Positions 7,093 through 17,104 of a stretch of DNA of 55,930 bases are shown here, one piece after another (positions within the stretch are counted from its first letter, which is position 1; the number at the start of each line of letters is the position of its first letter). Source of the stretch: an uncultured virus (IMG/VR IMGVR_UViG_3300037419_002203). Lineage: Duplodnaviria; Heunggongvirae; Uroviricota; Caudoviricetes. The DNA is taken from the IMG/VR virus record IMGVR_UViG_3300037419_002203, positions 62,001 through 117,930 of that record; one strand, 5' to 3'. Position numbers and translations under genes: made by a program. A model generated the notes under the pieces. It was not told the DNA's origin and made no database searches. It saw only the letters and a list, made by a program, of their open reading frames with translations.

Positions 7093-7535
7093 CAGTGACA
7101 AAGCCAGTGTCATTTGACAGAGGGGGTTTGTGAAGACCCCTTAACTTTGACACTGGCTTTGTCACTGGGTAGCGGTCCTGGAGATCCTGTGTGGGTGCGG
7201 GCCTACAGGCTTAACTTGACAGAAATATGGGGTTGCATACAAGATCCCATTGGTAGCCGGAGGCGGTCTGTGGGAGAGGCAATGCTGTAACCCTGACCTA
7301 GGGATCGAACCTCCGGCACCCACTGCCAACTTCTTAGAGCCCCTGACACTGCTGCTAGTGTCAGGGGCTCTCACTGTCTGTCACTACCCAACCACCGCCT
7401 CAATCTTGTAGATCCCGGCCAGATACCACTCACTTCCGTCCAACCCACGCCTACTGACAGCATGTGCAAGTTCATGCGATCATGTGTCACATGTCGACGT
7501 TACCCCACTGCCAACCACCCAGAAAGGACTTGCTC

Positions 7536-7871
7536 GTGCTGACCGACCCCGAACGTGAAGCCATGGTCTACACGCTCGTCGCCGAGCACAAGTTCACCTT
7601 CAAGAAGGTAGCGAACCTCATGGGCTGCTCACCGCCTACTGCCAGCAGGCGCTACTTCGCTCACGTCACACGGCTAGCCGAACAGGAAGCGCGAGAGAAG
7701 CGGGCAGAAGCCAGGCGCCTCCGCGAGCAACGCTTGGCAGACGCGCCGCTGACACCTGCCGAACTTCAGGAGCACATCCTCAAAGCCGACCTGGCCTTCG
7801 CACAGACCACGCTCAGGCAGGCAGCGTACATTCACCACTTCCTCACGGCAGCTACTGCCAAGTCAGAGTGA
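7536..7871 (+). CDS. Sigma-70 region 4-like HTH protein
   Basis: LTDPEREAMVY...FTFKKVANLMGCSPPTASRRY; AGAAAGGA SD. Confidence 0.55.
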   Translation: MLTDPEREAMVYTLVAEHKFTFKKVANLMGCSPPTASRRYFAHVTRLAEQEAREKRAEARRLREQRLADAPLTPAELQEHILKADLAFAQTTLRQAAYIHHFLTAATAKSE

Positions 7872-8106
7872 CTGTCACTGGTGCGCTCGCGGTCTATCAG
7901 GCTGGACCTAGACCTTGCTCACGGCGCGGCGGCAATCACGCCGTGCACCTGTTCGCGCAGGTGGAGCGCACCACTGACAGCCACTACCCAACTACCACCC
8001 CGCCGAAAGGAGCCACCGATGTCCGACGCCTACAACTACCTGTTGCGGTTCCGTGACCCCCTCAACGGCGAACGCGACGCTAAACCGCACACCAAAGGAG
8101 CAACCC

Positions 8107-8304
8107 GTGATCATCCACCTCAAGACCCTCATCGATGTCGCCTGCGTCATAGCCGCCCTTGCTGGGCTTAGTTGGCTCACAGTAGGTCTCACCAGTGTGG
8201 GTGAGTACGGCTACAAGACGGCCATCTTCATCGGGATTGTCCTGTTGGGTGGGGCGTTCTTCGTGACGGCCTTAACGATGGGGATCATCACCTTCGTCTG
8301 GTAA
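8107..8304 (+). CDS. Small two-TM membrane protein
   Basis: AAAGGAG SD, two hydrophobic segments. Confidence 0.6.
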   Translation: MIIHLKTLIDVACVIAALAGLSWLTVGLTSVGEYGYKTAIFIGIVLLGGAFFVTALTMGIITFVW

Positions 8305-8336
8305 CCATAGCATCCACCGAAAGGAGCCCACCCACT

Positions 8337-8696
8337 GTGCCCACTCCCACCGTTCCCCAACACAACCCCGAAGCTGTTCGCACCTGGCTGAAGGCCATCA
8401 AGAGCGGCCTCTACACCAAGCGCGACACCGAGCTGGTGGCCGACATCGACCCCACCGACCTGCGCTGCTGCAGCTTGGGCGTTGTCTACAAGGCGGGCTT
8501 GATGCCTACCACGCCTTTCAAGAACACCGCGGACCTGAACACGGACGGCTACACCAACATCCGGTACTACCTGGACATCACCAGCGACACGCTTTGCAGC
8601 ATCATGCTCTACAGCGACAATACGGCCCGAACGTTCGAGGACGTGGTCGCCTTCTGTCGCAAGTTGTTCAATGTCCAACAAGGAGACTTGGTATGA
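8337..8696 (+). CDS. Hypothetical protein
   Basis: Start-associated motif and GTG. Confidence 0.7.
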   Translation: MPTPTVPQHNPEAVRTWLKAIKSGLYTKRDTELVADIDPTDLRCCSLGVVYKAGLMPTTPFKNTADLNTDGYTNIRYYLDITSDTLCSIMLYSDNTARTFEDVVAFCRKLFNVQQGDLV

Positions 8697-8814
8697 GCTT
8701 CCTGCGTGAGCAGTACGACGCCCTTGCCAAAGAGCGAGCCAGCGTCATCCAGTTGATGGCAGCATGTGGGTCTTCTTCATGCGGCTGCCCTAGTCAGGAA
8801 GGAGCCACACCACC

Positions 8815-9006
8815 GTGACTGTAGCCCAACTCATTGCGCTGCTTCAGCAAGCGCCGAACCAAGACCGCGAAGTGTGGGCCGACTTCACGACGGTCACCGA
8901 CGATCCCAACAAAGCGTTGGGGGCCATCTTGGGTCTGCACATCGACGCGCGTGACACCGACGTTGTGCTCGTCACCAACGAGATGGCTGTCATCCACATC
9001 AATTAG
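8815..9006 (+). CDS. Hypothetical protein (MTVAQLIALLQ-type phage small protein)
   Basis: SD and GTG. Confidence 0.65.
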   Translation: MTVAQLIALLQQAPNQDREVWADFTTVTDDPNKALGAILGLHIDARDTDVVLVTNEMAVIHIN

Positions 9007-9022
9007 CCGAAAGGAGCCACCC

Positions 9023-9871
9023 ATGTCCATCAGCTACACCATCCAGACCGAAGGTCGTGCGGCCGAGTACCCCACCACCCATCCTCTGAGCGCCAGCCAG
9101 CGCGCCGCTTACGATGAGAGCAACCAAGAACTGGCCCGTGCCCAGTGCGCGTTCCACAGCCTCCGCCACACGCGCTGGAGCTGGTTGTACTGGAAGGACT
9201 TGAAGTCCTCCTACGAGAAGGTGATGGCGCTGCGCCAGATGCCCCATTACACCGACCCCGATCTGATCGACACGCTGTTGATCGCCGCCGAAGACATCCG
9301 CCAAGCCTGGATGAAGTACCGCCTCTTCGGCAAGCAGCTGGTCCCGTTCGATGGCACCTACCGCATGGGTCAGGTCAACGCGGACGGGGCGCACATCGCG
9401 ATGACCCAGCTGCGCGACACGGCCCACGCCAACGCGTTGCTCGCCTACCAAGAGCAGTTCAAGGGCGAACGCGCCCTGGACCTGTTCGCGGAGCCCAACC
9501 ACAACCTGTCCTACAGCCCCAACCATGCCAAGTCCGACGGCAACGGGATCGAGCTGCAGGATGTCTTCATGGGACGCCTCATCGGCATCCTGCTCCTCCC
9601 CATCCTGGTGCCTATGCAGTTGATCCTGCAGTCGCTGCCGGGGGTCATCAAGCGTACCGAAGACACGTTGGCGAAGGTCAACGCGCGCTTGGAGGTCTAC
9701 GACAGCCCGTTGATCTTCTTGCTGCACCTGCGCAACGAGTTCGGCACGCCCGAAGAGAAGACCAGCATCTCCAAGCAGGAAGAAGCCTGGCTGCGCACCC
9801 TTCAGCCGCAGATGGTGCAGACCATCGAGAAGCTGAAGTGGCGTAAAGCCCACGGCATGTTCTGGTTGTAG
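9023..9871 (+). CDS. Hypothetical protein with one hydrophobic segment
   Basis: Start-associated motif and ATG. Confidence 0.75.
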   Translation: MSISYTIQTEGRAAEYPTTHPLSASQRAAYDESNQELARAQCAFHSLRHTRWSWLYWKDLKSSYEKVMALRQMPHYTDPDLIDTLLIAAEDIRQAWMKYRLFGKQLVPFDGTYRMGQVNADGAHIAMTQLRDTAHANALLAYQEQFKGERALDLFAEPNHNLSYSPNHAKSDGNGIELQDVFMGRLIGILLLPILVPMQLILQSLPGVIKRTEDTLAKVNARLEVYDSPLIFLLHLRNEFGTPEEKTSISKQEEAWLRTLQPQMVQTIEKLKWRKAHGMFWL

Positions 9872-10044
9872 TCATGACGACCACCAACCGTCTTATCGAC
9901 CTTCGTACCAAGCTCTGGCCGCTCAGCAACGACCAGAGTACCCGGATGGTCCAAGTCGCCGTCAAGCACATCCTCCGAAAGCTGGACCAGATGCACGCCG
10001 ACGAGATGAACGAGCTGGACGAACAGCTCGCGCGGGGTTAGCCC

Positions 10045-10410
10045 ATGATGTACAGCTTCCAACAGTTCGACAAGACGTGGGACTTCGACATCGAGTTCGT
10101 CGGCCCCATCAAGCTGCCACGCTTCCGCGAGCGCATGATCGGCAACTACTACGCCACGCGTGGTCAGCCTATCCTCAGTCTCAAGGACCCGTTCGCCACC
10201 TACACCACTCGCAAGGTGCCACCGGCCAACCGCATCAACGTCCGGGGTCTCCCCGAGGTGCTGGACCTCAAGGTGATGTTGGAGCGGACCTTCAGCGGTC
10301 AGCCCATCTACATCAAGGGCATGTGCAGCAAGCCGATGCGTTGGCGTCGCAAGGCACGCGCCCTTCTGGATGGGTTCGACAGCGACGGTACGATCTTCGT
10401 GTTGACCTAG
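10045..10410 (+). CDS. Hypothetical protein
   Basis: ORF track, biased codons. Confidence 0.7.
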   Translation: MMYSFQQFDKTWDFDIEFVGPIKLPRFRERMIGNYYATRGQPILSLKDPFATYTTRKVPPANRINVRGLPEVLDLKVMLERTFSGQPIYIKGMCSKPMRWRRKARALLDGFDSDGTIFVLT

Positions 10411-10492
10411 ACCCATGCTGGACAAGAACCGCGAGACGCTGCTTCGCAACCTCGACATCGTTCGCCAGTTCAACAGCCGAAAGGAGTCTCCA

Positions 10493-10843
10493 ATGGAGCA
10501 AGTCCCCACCCCTAACACGGTGCCCAGCTACGATCGGGGCATTCTCCTGCGCGACGACGAGCTGACCCATAGCCGCAACCGTGTACCCAAGCTCTTCAAG
10601 TTGTTCATGCGCAGCTACCCCGGTGGTCCCGAGATCCAGCCCACGATCGTGATGGCGCTGAACATCACCCAGGCTCTCGCTCGCTACACCAAAGAGTACG
10701 ATCTGGGCCATGTCTACAAGATCGAAGAGATGGAGGACGTGCAGGTGATGCTCTACCCAGACCCTGCGCTCATCGCCTGGGCCAGCAATGGTCGTCCCAA
10801 GAGCCTTCACACCTTGACTGATGAGCCGACCGACGGGGTGTGA
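10493..10843 (+). CDS. Hypothetical protein
   Basis: Start-associated motif and ATG. Confidence 0.65.
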   Translation: MEQVPTPNTVPSYDRGILLRDDELTHSRNRVPKLFKLFMRSYPGGPEIQPTIVMALNITQALARYTKEYDLGHVYKIEEMEDVQVMLYPDPALIAWASNGRPKSLHTLTDEPTDGV

Positions 10844-10893
10844 CCAATTCCTCGTGTCCCTCCAAACCGTCTAGCCGAAAGGAATTTAACCCC

Positions 10894-11133
10894 ATGAACC
10901 ATATGCGTATGTCTCTTGCTGCCGCCGCCCTGGTTGGCACCTCGATCGCCAGCGGCCCCGCTCCGCACTATGTGGAGCCGAAGAAGCCCCAACCCGAACC
11001 CAAGGTTGACTCCACGTACGAGCGAGCTTGGCGCAAGTCGTCTCTGCAGGCACGTAAGCCGGACTACACGCCGGGCAACGTGGGCAGCTTGCCCAAGAAG
11101 GCGCAGCGGAAGCACAAGCGTAAGAAGCGCTAG
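10894..11133 (+). CDS. Small basic protein
   Basis: Motif variant and ATG; Lys/Arg-rich tail. Confidence 0.55.
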   Translation: MNHMRMSLAAAALVGTSIASGPAPHYVEPKKPQPEPKVDSTYERAWRKSSLQARKPDYTPGNVGSLPKKAQRKHKRKKR

Positions 11134-11149
11134 AGAGGAGCCACCCACC

Positions 11150-11530
11150 ATGAACCCCGAACTCCAGAAGCTCATCGATGTGGTGACCCAGCAACTGGGC
11201 ATCGCCCGTGACCACTTCTATCCCATCTTCGTGCGACAGATCTACAACGAGGGTCTGTACTTCTTCATCATCACCTTGGTGGAGCTGTTCGCCTTCCTCA
11301 CGTTGGCTGTGTGGGCATCCGGTAACGCCCGCCGCCTGTGGGCGAAGGCCAACGCGACCACGCACAAGGGCGATCCCTTCTACTTCCTGTCCGCGGGGTG
11401 TGCCGTGCTCACCCTTGCCGGGATCTTCGGCGTCTGGACCGAGATGATCGACCTCGTGCGCAATGCGCTGCTCATCGCCAACCCGGAGTACTACGCCGTC
11501 GAGCGTGTGCTGTCCCTCATCAAGCACTAA
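11150..11530 (+). CDS. Two-TM membrane protein
   Basis: GAGGAG SD; hydrophobic helices, NPEYYA tail. Confidence 0.7.
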   Translation: MNPELQKLIDVVTQQLGIARDHFYPIFVRQIYNEGLYFFIITLVELFAFLTLAVWASGNARRLWAKANATTHKGDPFYFLSAGCAVLTLAGIFGVWTEMIDLVRNALLIANPEYYAVERVLSLIKH

Positions 11531-11540
11531 GGAGCCATCC

Positions 11541-11948
11541 GTGCCCAGCTTGACCTTCCGCATTCACTATTCTCCCCTGCTGCCCAATGTGCAGCCCAAC
11601 ACCACCGAAGCGCAGTTGGCGCAGACCTTCGAGCACATCCAGAACCTCATTCGTGGGATCGCTGCGCTCGACAGCAACATCACCTGCGTTCAGCTCGAAC
11701 GCTATGACGTGCACGAGCAGTTCATCAACGACGAGCCGGCGATCACGGACTTCAGCGCGATGCTGAACGACGTGATGCTCTTGGGTCTCGTCCAGACCCA
11801 CAACATCAAGCAGTTCATGACCGACCTGGGCGACGCCCTGCGTTGGCTCATCGAGGATGAGAACAACCCATTCGACGCCCTCCCCTTCAACGAGGAGGAG
11901 ATCCAGCAGATCGTCGGCGCTTACCGGGAGCTGTACGGTGAAGGCTAA
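11541..11948 (+). CDS. Hypothetical protein
   Basis: AAGGAG SD and GTG. Confidence 0.65.
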   Translation: MPSLTFRIHYSPLLPNVQPNTTEAQLAQTFEHIQNLIRGIAALDSNITCVQLERYDVHEQFINDEPAITDFSAMLNDVMLLGLVQTHNIKQFMTDLGDALRWLIEDENNPFDALPFNEEEIQQIVGAYRELYGEG

Positions 11949-12291
11949 GTTCAAGGGGTGCACGCCACCCACCCGCCAACAACTGCTGGACGCGGGCTTC
12001 GATCCCAAGCGCCCCATCCAGTCCAGCATCCAACGCTGGAACGACGAGAAGCACTGCACCTGGGTCTTCACCCAGGACGAGAAGCCCAAGTTCGACTACG
12101 ACTACCGTCGTGCCGTGCGCAAGGTCTACCCCAAAGCCGACGCCTACGACTACGGCGGGCGCGATGGTTGGTTGGTGCTGGTGCCCAGCGAGGACGACGA
12201 CAAGCCCTCCGAAGCCATAGGGCAAGGCAACACCGCCGCGCTCGCGTGGCTCGACGCGTTCAACCAGTTGCCGAAGGAGAAGAAGTCATGA
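11938..12291 (+). CDS. Hypothetical protein
   Basis: Overlapping start, biased codons. Confidence 0.65.
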   Translation: MKAKFKGCTPPTRQQLLDAGFDPKRPIQSSIQRWNDEKHCTWVFTQDEKPKFDYDYRRAVRKVYPKADAYDYGGRDGWLVLVPSEDDDKPSEAIGQGNTAALAWLDAFNQLPKEKKS

Positions 12292-12647
12292 CCTTGGAGT
12301 GTAACCCCGCCCAACCCACGGAGCAGCTCTACACCATCTACTGCCGCGCTCAGCGGAGCCTGCAGGATGGTCACGGCCCCAGCTTCGCGGTCCAGATGGA
12401 TCTGGCCGAGCATCGTGCCCCGAAGATGGGAGACCACCTCTTCCTGGACGGCAAGCTCCACCAGATCGAGAGCATCAAGGGCGCATTGCCTTCCACGGTT
12501 CCGTGGAGAAACGTGGAAGTGATCTACAGCTTCGACCCGCCCAAGTGGGGTCCAGACCCCAACCATTGGTTCGTGGACCTGCCTGACGTCATCCTGGTCT
12601 GCGTGCCCGTACGTGTGCCCAACGCCACGAGCAAGTTCAACCGCTGA
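12288..12647 (+). CDS. Hypothetical protein
   Basis: ATGA overlap. Confidence 0.6.
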   Translation: MTLECNPAQPTEQLYTIYCRAQRSLQDGHGPSFAVQMDLAEHRAPKMGDHLFLDGKLHQIESIKGALPSTVPWRNVEVIYSFDPPKWGPDPNHWFVDLPDVILVCVPVRVPNATSKFNR

Positions 12648-13022
12648 AAGGAGCCAATCTATGTTCGCTGCCTACCTCCGTGCGGAGGGATCGAGTCTCG
12701 GCCAGGAGTGGCTGTGGGTGGTGACCGCCCTGACCCTCTTCGGACACTGGATGGGTTACACCTGGGGCTCGTCCTTCCTGACCGCCCAGACCGTCGCCTA
12801 CTTCATCACGCCGCGGTAGCTGTGCGCGAGAAGTGCCCGCGCTGCTCGCGCCGCAACGAGCACAACGCCACCAAGTGCGTCGAGAACCTGCTGCAAGACT
12901 TCCGCAGTGCCCAGAAGACGATGGAGCGCGCCAAGCGTCAGCTCCAATCGTTCGGCGCTCAGGGTCTGTTTAGTGTTCAAGTTAAGGTCGCCCTCCAAGA
13001 GATGGGCGTGAGGGGGTAAACC

Positions 13023-13364
13023 ATGGAAGTTGTCATCGCGAGCCTGTCCCAACAGGACTACGACGGCGAGACGCTCGCCAACATGCGCATCGTCTTCGAG
13101 GGCGAGCCCACACCCATCGCGGTGCGTGAAGCCTTCCGGCAAGAAGCCGAAGACCAGCTCAAAGCGATCCCGTTTACGGACCCCCAGCGCGATGACTACA
13201 TGCGGGGCTACGCGTTGTTGATGGATCGGTTGGGTGGGTTGTCGCCTGCGGCCGGTGAGATGTTCGCCGAGCACGATGACTGGTACCACAAGCAGCTGGA
13301 CAGGTTCATCCTCTCGTTCACCAGGTGTCACACGTACCCCGCCAAGTTCAGAGACCACACATAG
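13023..13364 (+). CDS. Hypothetical protein
   Basis: GAGG SD and ATG. Confidence 0.65.
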   Translation: MEVVIASLSQQDYDGETLANMRIVFEGEPTPIAVREAFRQEAEDQLKAIPFTDPQRDDYMRGYALLMDRLGGLSPAAGEMFAEHDDWYHKQLDRFILSFTRCHTYPAKFRDHT

Positions 13365-13375
13365 GAGCTACGCGT

Positions 13376-14110
13376 ATGTTCGACTACGGCGACGATCCTT
13401 GGGATGACCTGTTGGACTTCGCCGCCTACGAGCGCGACCAACAGCTCTACCTCGACCTGGAGAACAGCCCCATCGACATGGAAGTTGATGTCGAAGACCG
13501 CATCTTCGACCAGTGGTTGGACGAGTGGTGGGGCGACTTTGACGAGAGCGACTACACCTACCGCGAGCCGCAGATGGACGATCCGTACCATCCGGCCGAC
13601 GCGTTGGTCTACGTCGGTGGACCGATGATCTTGCCTCGCCAGTTCATCAACCAACGAGATGTCAAAGGTCATCGACACCCCACACGCAGCAAGCGCAACC
13701 ACCGGCGCCAGAACGGCCATTGGTTGTGGGTGTTCAACTACGAAGCTACGGTCGTCTTGCCGCACAGCCCTCGACGCCGCTGCTGGCAGCGGCGGCAAGA
13801 CCAGCGCTTCAAGCACCGGAACGTCAAGTTCTACGCCGACGCGCCGGACTTCACGCCCGACCCGTACCAGGTGTGCTCGTTGTTCGGGTACAACACGCCG
13901 TCGCCTGAACACCGTGCGGACCTCAACCGTACCACCAGCTACGATCCCAGCGACTACGACGAGTACGCCTACGAGAACTACGACGGTTACTCGTACTACT
14001 ACGACGAAGCCGAGGACTGGGCGGCGTTTCTGGGTCCCGAAGACGACCCGTACGAACGCGATCGTCAGTTCGACATCCTCTACGATCGCCTCATCTACGG
14101 CGAAGCCTAG
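13376..14110 (+). CDS. Asp/Tyr-rich protein with basic central segment
   Basis: AGGAG SD and ATG; composition. Confidence 0.65.
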   Translation: MFDYGDDPWDDLLDFAAYERDQQLYLDLENSPIDMEVDVEDRIFDQWLDEWWGDFDESDYTYREPQMDDPYHPADALVYVGGPMILPRQFINQRDVKGHRHPTRSKRNHRRQNGHWLWVFNYEATVVLPHSPRRRCWQRRQDQRFKHRNVKFYADAPDFTPDPYQVCSLFGYNTPSPEHRADLNRTTSYDPSDYDEYAYENYDGYSYYYDEAEDWAAFLGPEDDPYERDRQFDILYDRLIYGEA

Positions 14111-14127
14111 CCGAAAGGAGCCACACC

Positions 14128-14766
14128 ATGACCATCGGATCGTGGGAACCCAACGAAGAGCAGTTCCAGCTGGACCTGCGCAACATCATGGTCCGAGCCA
14201 CGGACAACCCCGCACCCGATGCCAAGGACGGCACCGCAATCGCCTACATGACACGTACGCGTGGTGACAAGGAAGTCGGCTTCACGATGTACTTCGAGGG
14301 TACGCCCACCCCCGACGAGATCAAGGAGACCGCTCATCGTCTGATGAAGAGCGGCGCGTGGGGTGTCGACTACCATGCCATCAAGGTGCTGGTCCAGGCA
14401 TTGAAGTTCAGTGCCAAGCAGTATGCCGAGTGGGACCGCAAGAAGTGGTTGCAGATGTGGGTCGACGACGGCTTCCAGGGCTACCACGTCGAGCCCATCA
14501 AGCTCGTCCCCACCGCCCAGGTGCAAGGGCAGTCGGAGAAGCCACCGTCCGAGGATGCGAAGTGCTACGCCTGTCGTCTCACCGGTCCGCTGTGTCCCGC
14601 GTGTGGCTTGCCCATCTTGCAGCACACCAGCCCCTACGAGAACTTCGCGACCTGTGCGGACACCATCAACTACCGCCTCAAGCGCGCGGCGGCGTACTGG
14701 GAAGAGAAGCGCGTCAACGACCTGGTGGAGATCTTCGAGAAGGCAGAGGAGAAGAAGGATGTCTGA
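14128..14766 (+). CDS. Hypothetical protein with CxxC pairs
   Basis: Start-associated motif; CYAC and CPAC. Confidence 0.7.
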   Translation: MTIGSWEPNEEQFQLDLRNIMVRATDNPAPDAKDGTAIAYMTRTRGDKEVGFTMYFEGTPTPDEIKETAHRLMKSGAWGVDYHAIKVLVQALKFSAKQYAEWDRKKWLQMWVDDGFQGYHVEPIKLVPTAQVQGQSEKPPSEDAKCYACRLTGPLCPACGLPILQHTSPYENFATCADTINYRLKRAAAYWEEKRVNDLVEIFEKAEEKKDV

Positions 14767-15001
14767 GGGCACGCCCTACACCCCGCGCAAGAGCGATCCC
14801 AAGCCCTGCAGCTACTGCGGCAAGGCATTCCACCCGACGCTCGCCGCGGGGTGGGGCACCAACCTCGGTCCTGGCAAGCTGGACGACAGCCATTGCCCCG
14901 ACCCCGAGTGCCGCGACAAGTCGCACGCGGCGTGGGATGCAGCGCTCAAGGAGTCCCGCACGGCGCACATGCGATCCCTCTTCCCGGAGTTCAAAGGCTG
15001 A
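14759..15001 (+). CDS. Small zinc-finger-like protein
   Basis: CSYC...CPDPEC; overlapping start. Confidence 0.6.
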   Translation: MSEGTPYTPRKSDPKPCSYCGKAFHPTLAAGWGTNLGPGKLDDSHCPDPECRDKSHAAWDAALKESRTAHMRSLFPEFKG

Positions 15002-15345
15002 TGGAGTATACCTACAGCGAACACGAGCATGCCGACGAAGTGGAAGCCGTAGAGCAGTGTAGCACTTGTGGTTGTGGCGTTTACAGCTGCATCCATTGTG
15101 GTACACTCTACTGCCCCGCGCAGAGCGAGCGGTGCCCCGATCGGTGGAAGGCCAAAGCCAAGCGCTACGAGTCGGTGGTCTTCCACTACTCGCAGCCTGA
15201 CGGTGTGCTACACCGCGAGGACTTCACACCGGAAGAGCAAGTCGAGGTGGAAACCTTGGAGCGGGAGCTGGGCGAAGCCGTCTGTAAGCTCGTTCAGCAA
15301 TTCGCGTCGTGGGACGACATCGAGGCAGCACGCAATGTACGGTAA
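15001..15345 (+). CDS. Cys-rich hypothetical protein
   Basis: TGATG junction; CSTC and CIHC. Confidence 0.55.
   Translation: MEYTYSEHEHADEVEAVEQCSTCGCGVYSCIHCGTLYCPAQSERCPDRWKAKAKRYESVVFHYSQPDGVLHREDFTPEEQVEVETLERELGEAVCKLVQQFASWDDIEAARNVR
15080..15107 (+). promoter_or_regulatory. Putative intragenic sigma70-type promoter
   Basis: TTTACA-N16-TACACT with TGG upstream of the -10. Confidence 0.4.
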
Positions 15346-15482
15346 AGCTCTGGTCCCCATCTACAACGCGCTTGGACCCTTCTGGTACTTCGCGATGGTG
15401 GTTGTCCTGTTGGGTGGGGTTGCTTACCTCATACACAGGTATGACCGCTAAGTCTCATACCAGCCGAAAGGAGCCCATCCTC

Positions 15483-15722
15483 ATGAGCACAAAAGACATC
15501 GATGTCAGCACAACTTCGCAGCGTGCCGTACACATGAACCAAGTCGGCGATACCCTTGTGGTAAAAGAGACGTTGTATAACTGGCGAGGTCCCGATGTGA
15601 CACAAACCGTCAATGTCACACCCCAGGAGTTGGCCTACATCGTGCTCTGCGCCTCCGGCCAGTTCGTCGAGGCGTTTGACGCCGAGATGGAACGGTTGAT
15701 CAAGAACCACGGGAAGCGTTAG
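15483..15722 (+). CDS. Hypothetical protein
   Basis: Start-associated motif and ATG. Confidence 0.65.
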   Translation: MSTKDIDVSTTSQRAVHMNQVGDTLVVKETLYNWRGPDVTQTVNVTPQELAYIVLCASGQFVEAFDAEMERLIKNHGKR

Positions 15723-16055
15723 ATGTCGCCGCGCTACTACCAGTTCGAGGACGAAGACGAGACCCGCAGGAACGAAGAGAAGCAAGCACTTGCCGAACAG
15801 CGCTTCGCGGCAGCAGTCGATGCCTGCAAGCTCATGGCGCTTCAGAACGGCGAGGGCTCGACCCTACACATCGGGGTCGAGCAAGAGCGCTACTACGCGC
15901 GCGAAGGCACGCCGCCCACGCACATGGTGGCGATGTGCAACATGATCAGCGTCCTGCGTGATCCCAATGATCACGAGATGCGGTACCCCACCTGCAAGCT
16001 GTGCAACAGCAAGCACCGCAAAGCTCTGGAAGAGCGAGGAGATTCGTCGTGGTAG
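15723..16055 (+). CDS. Hypothetical protein
   Basis: Abuts upstream stop. Confidence 0.65.
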   Translation: MSPRYYQFEDEDETRRNEEKQALAEQRFAAAVDACKLMALQNGEGSTLHIGVEQERYYAREGTPPTHMVAMCNMISVLRDPNDHEMRYPTCKLCNSKHRKALEERGDSSW

Positions 16056-16507
16056 CCATTTCTTTCGTCGCCTACTGGATCGGCTTCATGGCCATCATCG
16101 CTGTCACGTTGATGGCGATCGTCGTGGGTGTGGGCTTCGTCACCTCCTTCCTCTCGAAGGCAGCCCTTGATGCCAGCGAGCGCGCCAACAACGTGGTGAT
16201 CTTCGTGCACTTCCTGGCCTGGCGTGCCTGGCACCGCAAGGACTACCTGGAGCTGGAGAACGTCAACAACTTCATCGCCAAGGCGCGCAAGTTCGATGTT
16301 GTCGTCGCCAACCTCCAGAGCGCCTTGGAGTCCCTGATCGACGTCAACAACCAACCGCCCGGCTCGCTGCCCTACACCTGGGAGCAAGCCGAAGGCTGGG
16401 CGCGTCAGGCGCTGGCAGAGACCCGTGACTTCTCCAAGTTCGCGCGTGCCCCGCGTCCCCGTCCGGCCAAGCTGTTGAAGGGTGCTCCCAAGAGCACGGA
16501 GGTGTAA
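16049..16507 (+). CDS. Membrane-anchored hypothetical protein
   Basis: GAGGAG SD; N-terminal TM. Confidence 0.6.
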   Translation: MVAISFVAYWIGFMAIIAVTLMAIVVGVGFVTSFLSKAALDASERANNVVIFVHFLAWRAWHRKDYLELENVNNFIAKARKFDVVVANLQSALESLIDVNNQPPGSLPYTWEQAEGWARQALAETRDFSKFARAPRPRPAKLLKGAPKSTEV

Positions 16508-16509
16508 CC

Positions 16510-17094
16510 ATGCGCGGCTTCCATTACACCAGCTACCCGCACATCATCGCGGAGAACCGCAACCCCGGTCGTGAAGACGAGTCCCTCGTCATCCGGTACG
16601 ACCCGGACGTTCACAACCGGCATATACCCCACAGCGGAATGCGCGCCGACCCGATGAAGTTGGAGTCGCCTGCAGAGATCCGTTGGTTCATCAAGTCCCT
16701 GCAGGAGCTGCGCACGTATCTCCAGAGCGCCTCGCCGCGCAAGAAGAAGTTCGAGTTCAGTCGGGAGTGGATCAGTCCAGCCGGTCGCTACCCGAGCAAG
16801 GTTTACATCGGCTCCTCGCGCCACGGCTACGCTGACGTTGCAGATCCGAACCGCATCTTCCTCGATTGGCACTGGGACCACATGTTGATCGACCAAGGGT
16901 GTCTGGACGTCATTCTCGATCAGCTCCTGCCGACGATCATCGTGCGGATGGAAGCCTGGGAGCGAGCAGAAGCCCAGCGTGTCTCCGAGGCTGCGGAGCA
17001 GTTGAAGAACGCACCGCCTGTCGAGACGGACCCTGAAGAAGACGTCCTGACCATCACCAAGAAACCCACCCGCCGCCGCAAGGTGGCTAGCTAG
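16510..17094 (+). CDS. Hypothetical protein
   Basis: GGAGGT SD. Confidence 0.7.
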   Translation: MRGFHYTSYPHIIAENRNPGREDESLVIRYDPDVHNRHIPHSGMRADPMKLESPAEIRWFIKSLQELRTYLQSASPRKKKFEFSREWISPAGRYPSKVYIGSSRHGYADVADPNRIFLDWHWDHMLIDQGCLDVILDQLLPTIIVRMEAWERAEAQRVSEAAEQLKNAPPVETDPEEDVLTITKKPTRRRKVAS

Positions 17095-17104
17095 GAGAGC
17101 CCAC

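Larger units (their letters stand above)
6209..7390. repeat. Cluster of TGTCA/TGACA palindromes and inverted repeats (operators or iterons)
   Basis: GCTAGTGTCA-TT-TGACACTAGC 6405-6426; 20-bp perfect IR 7093-7112/7148-7167; 15-bp perfect IR 7336-7350/7357-7371; AGTGTCATTTGACA at 6408 and 7106. Confidence 0.75.
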
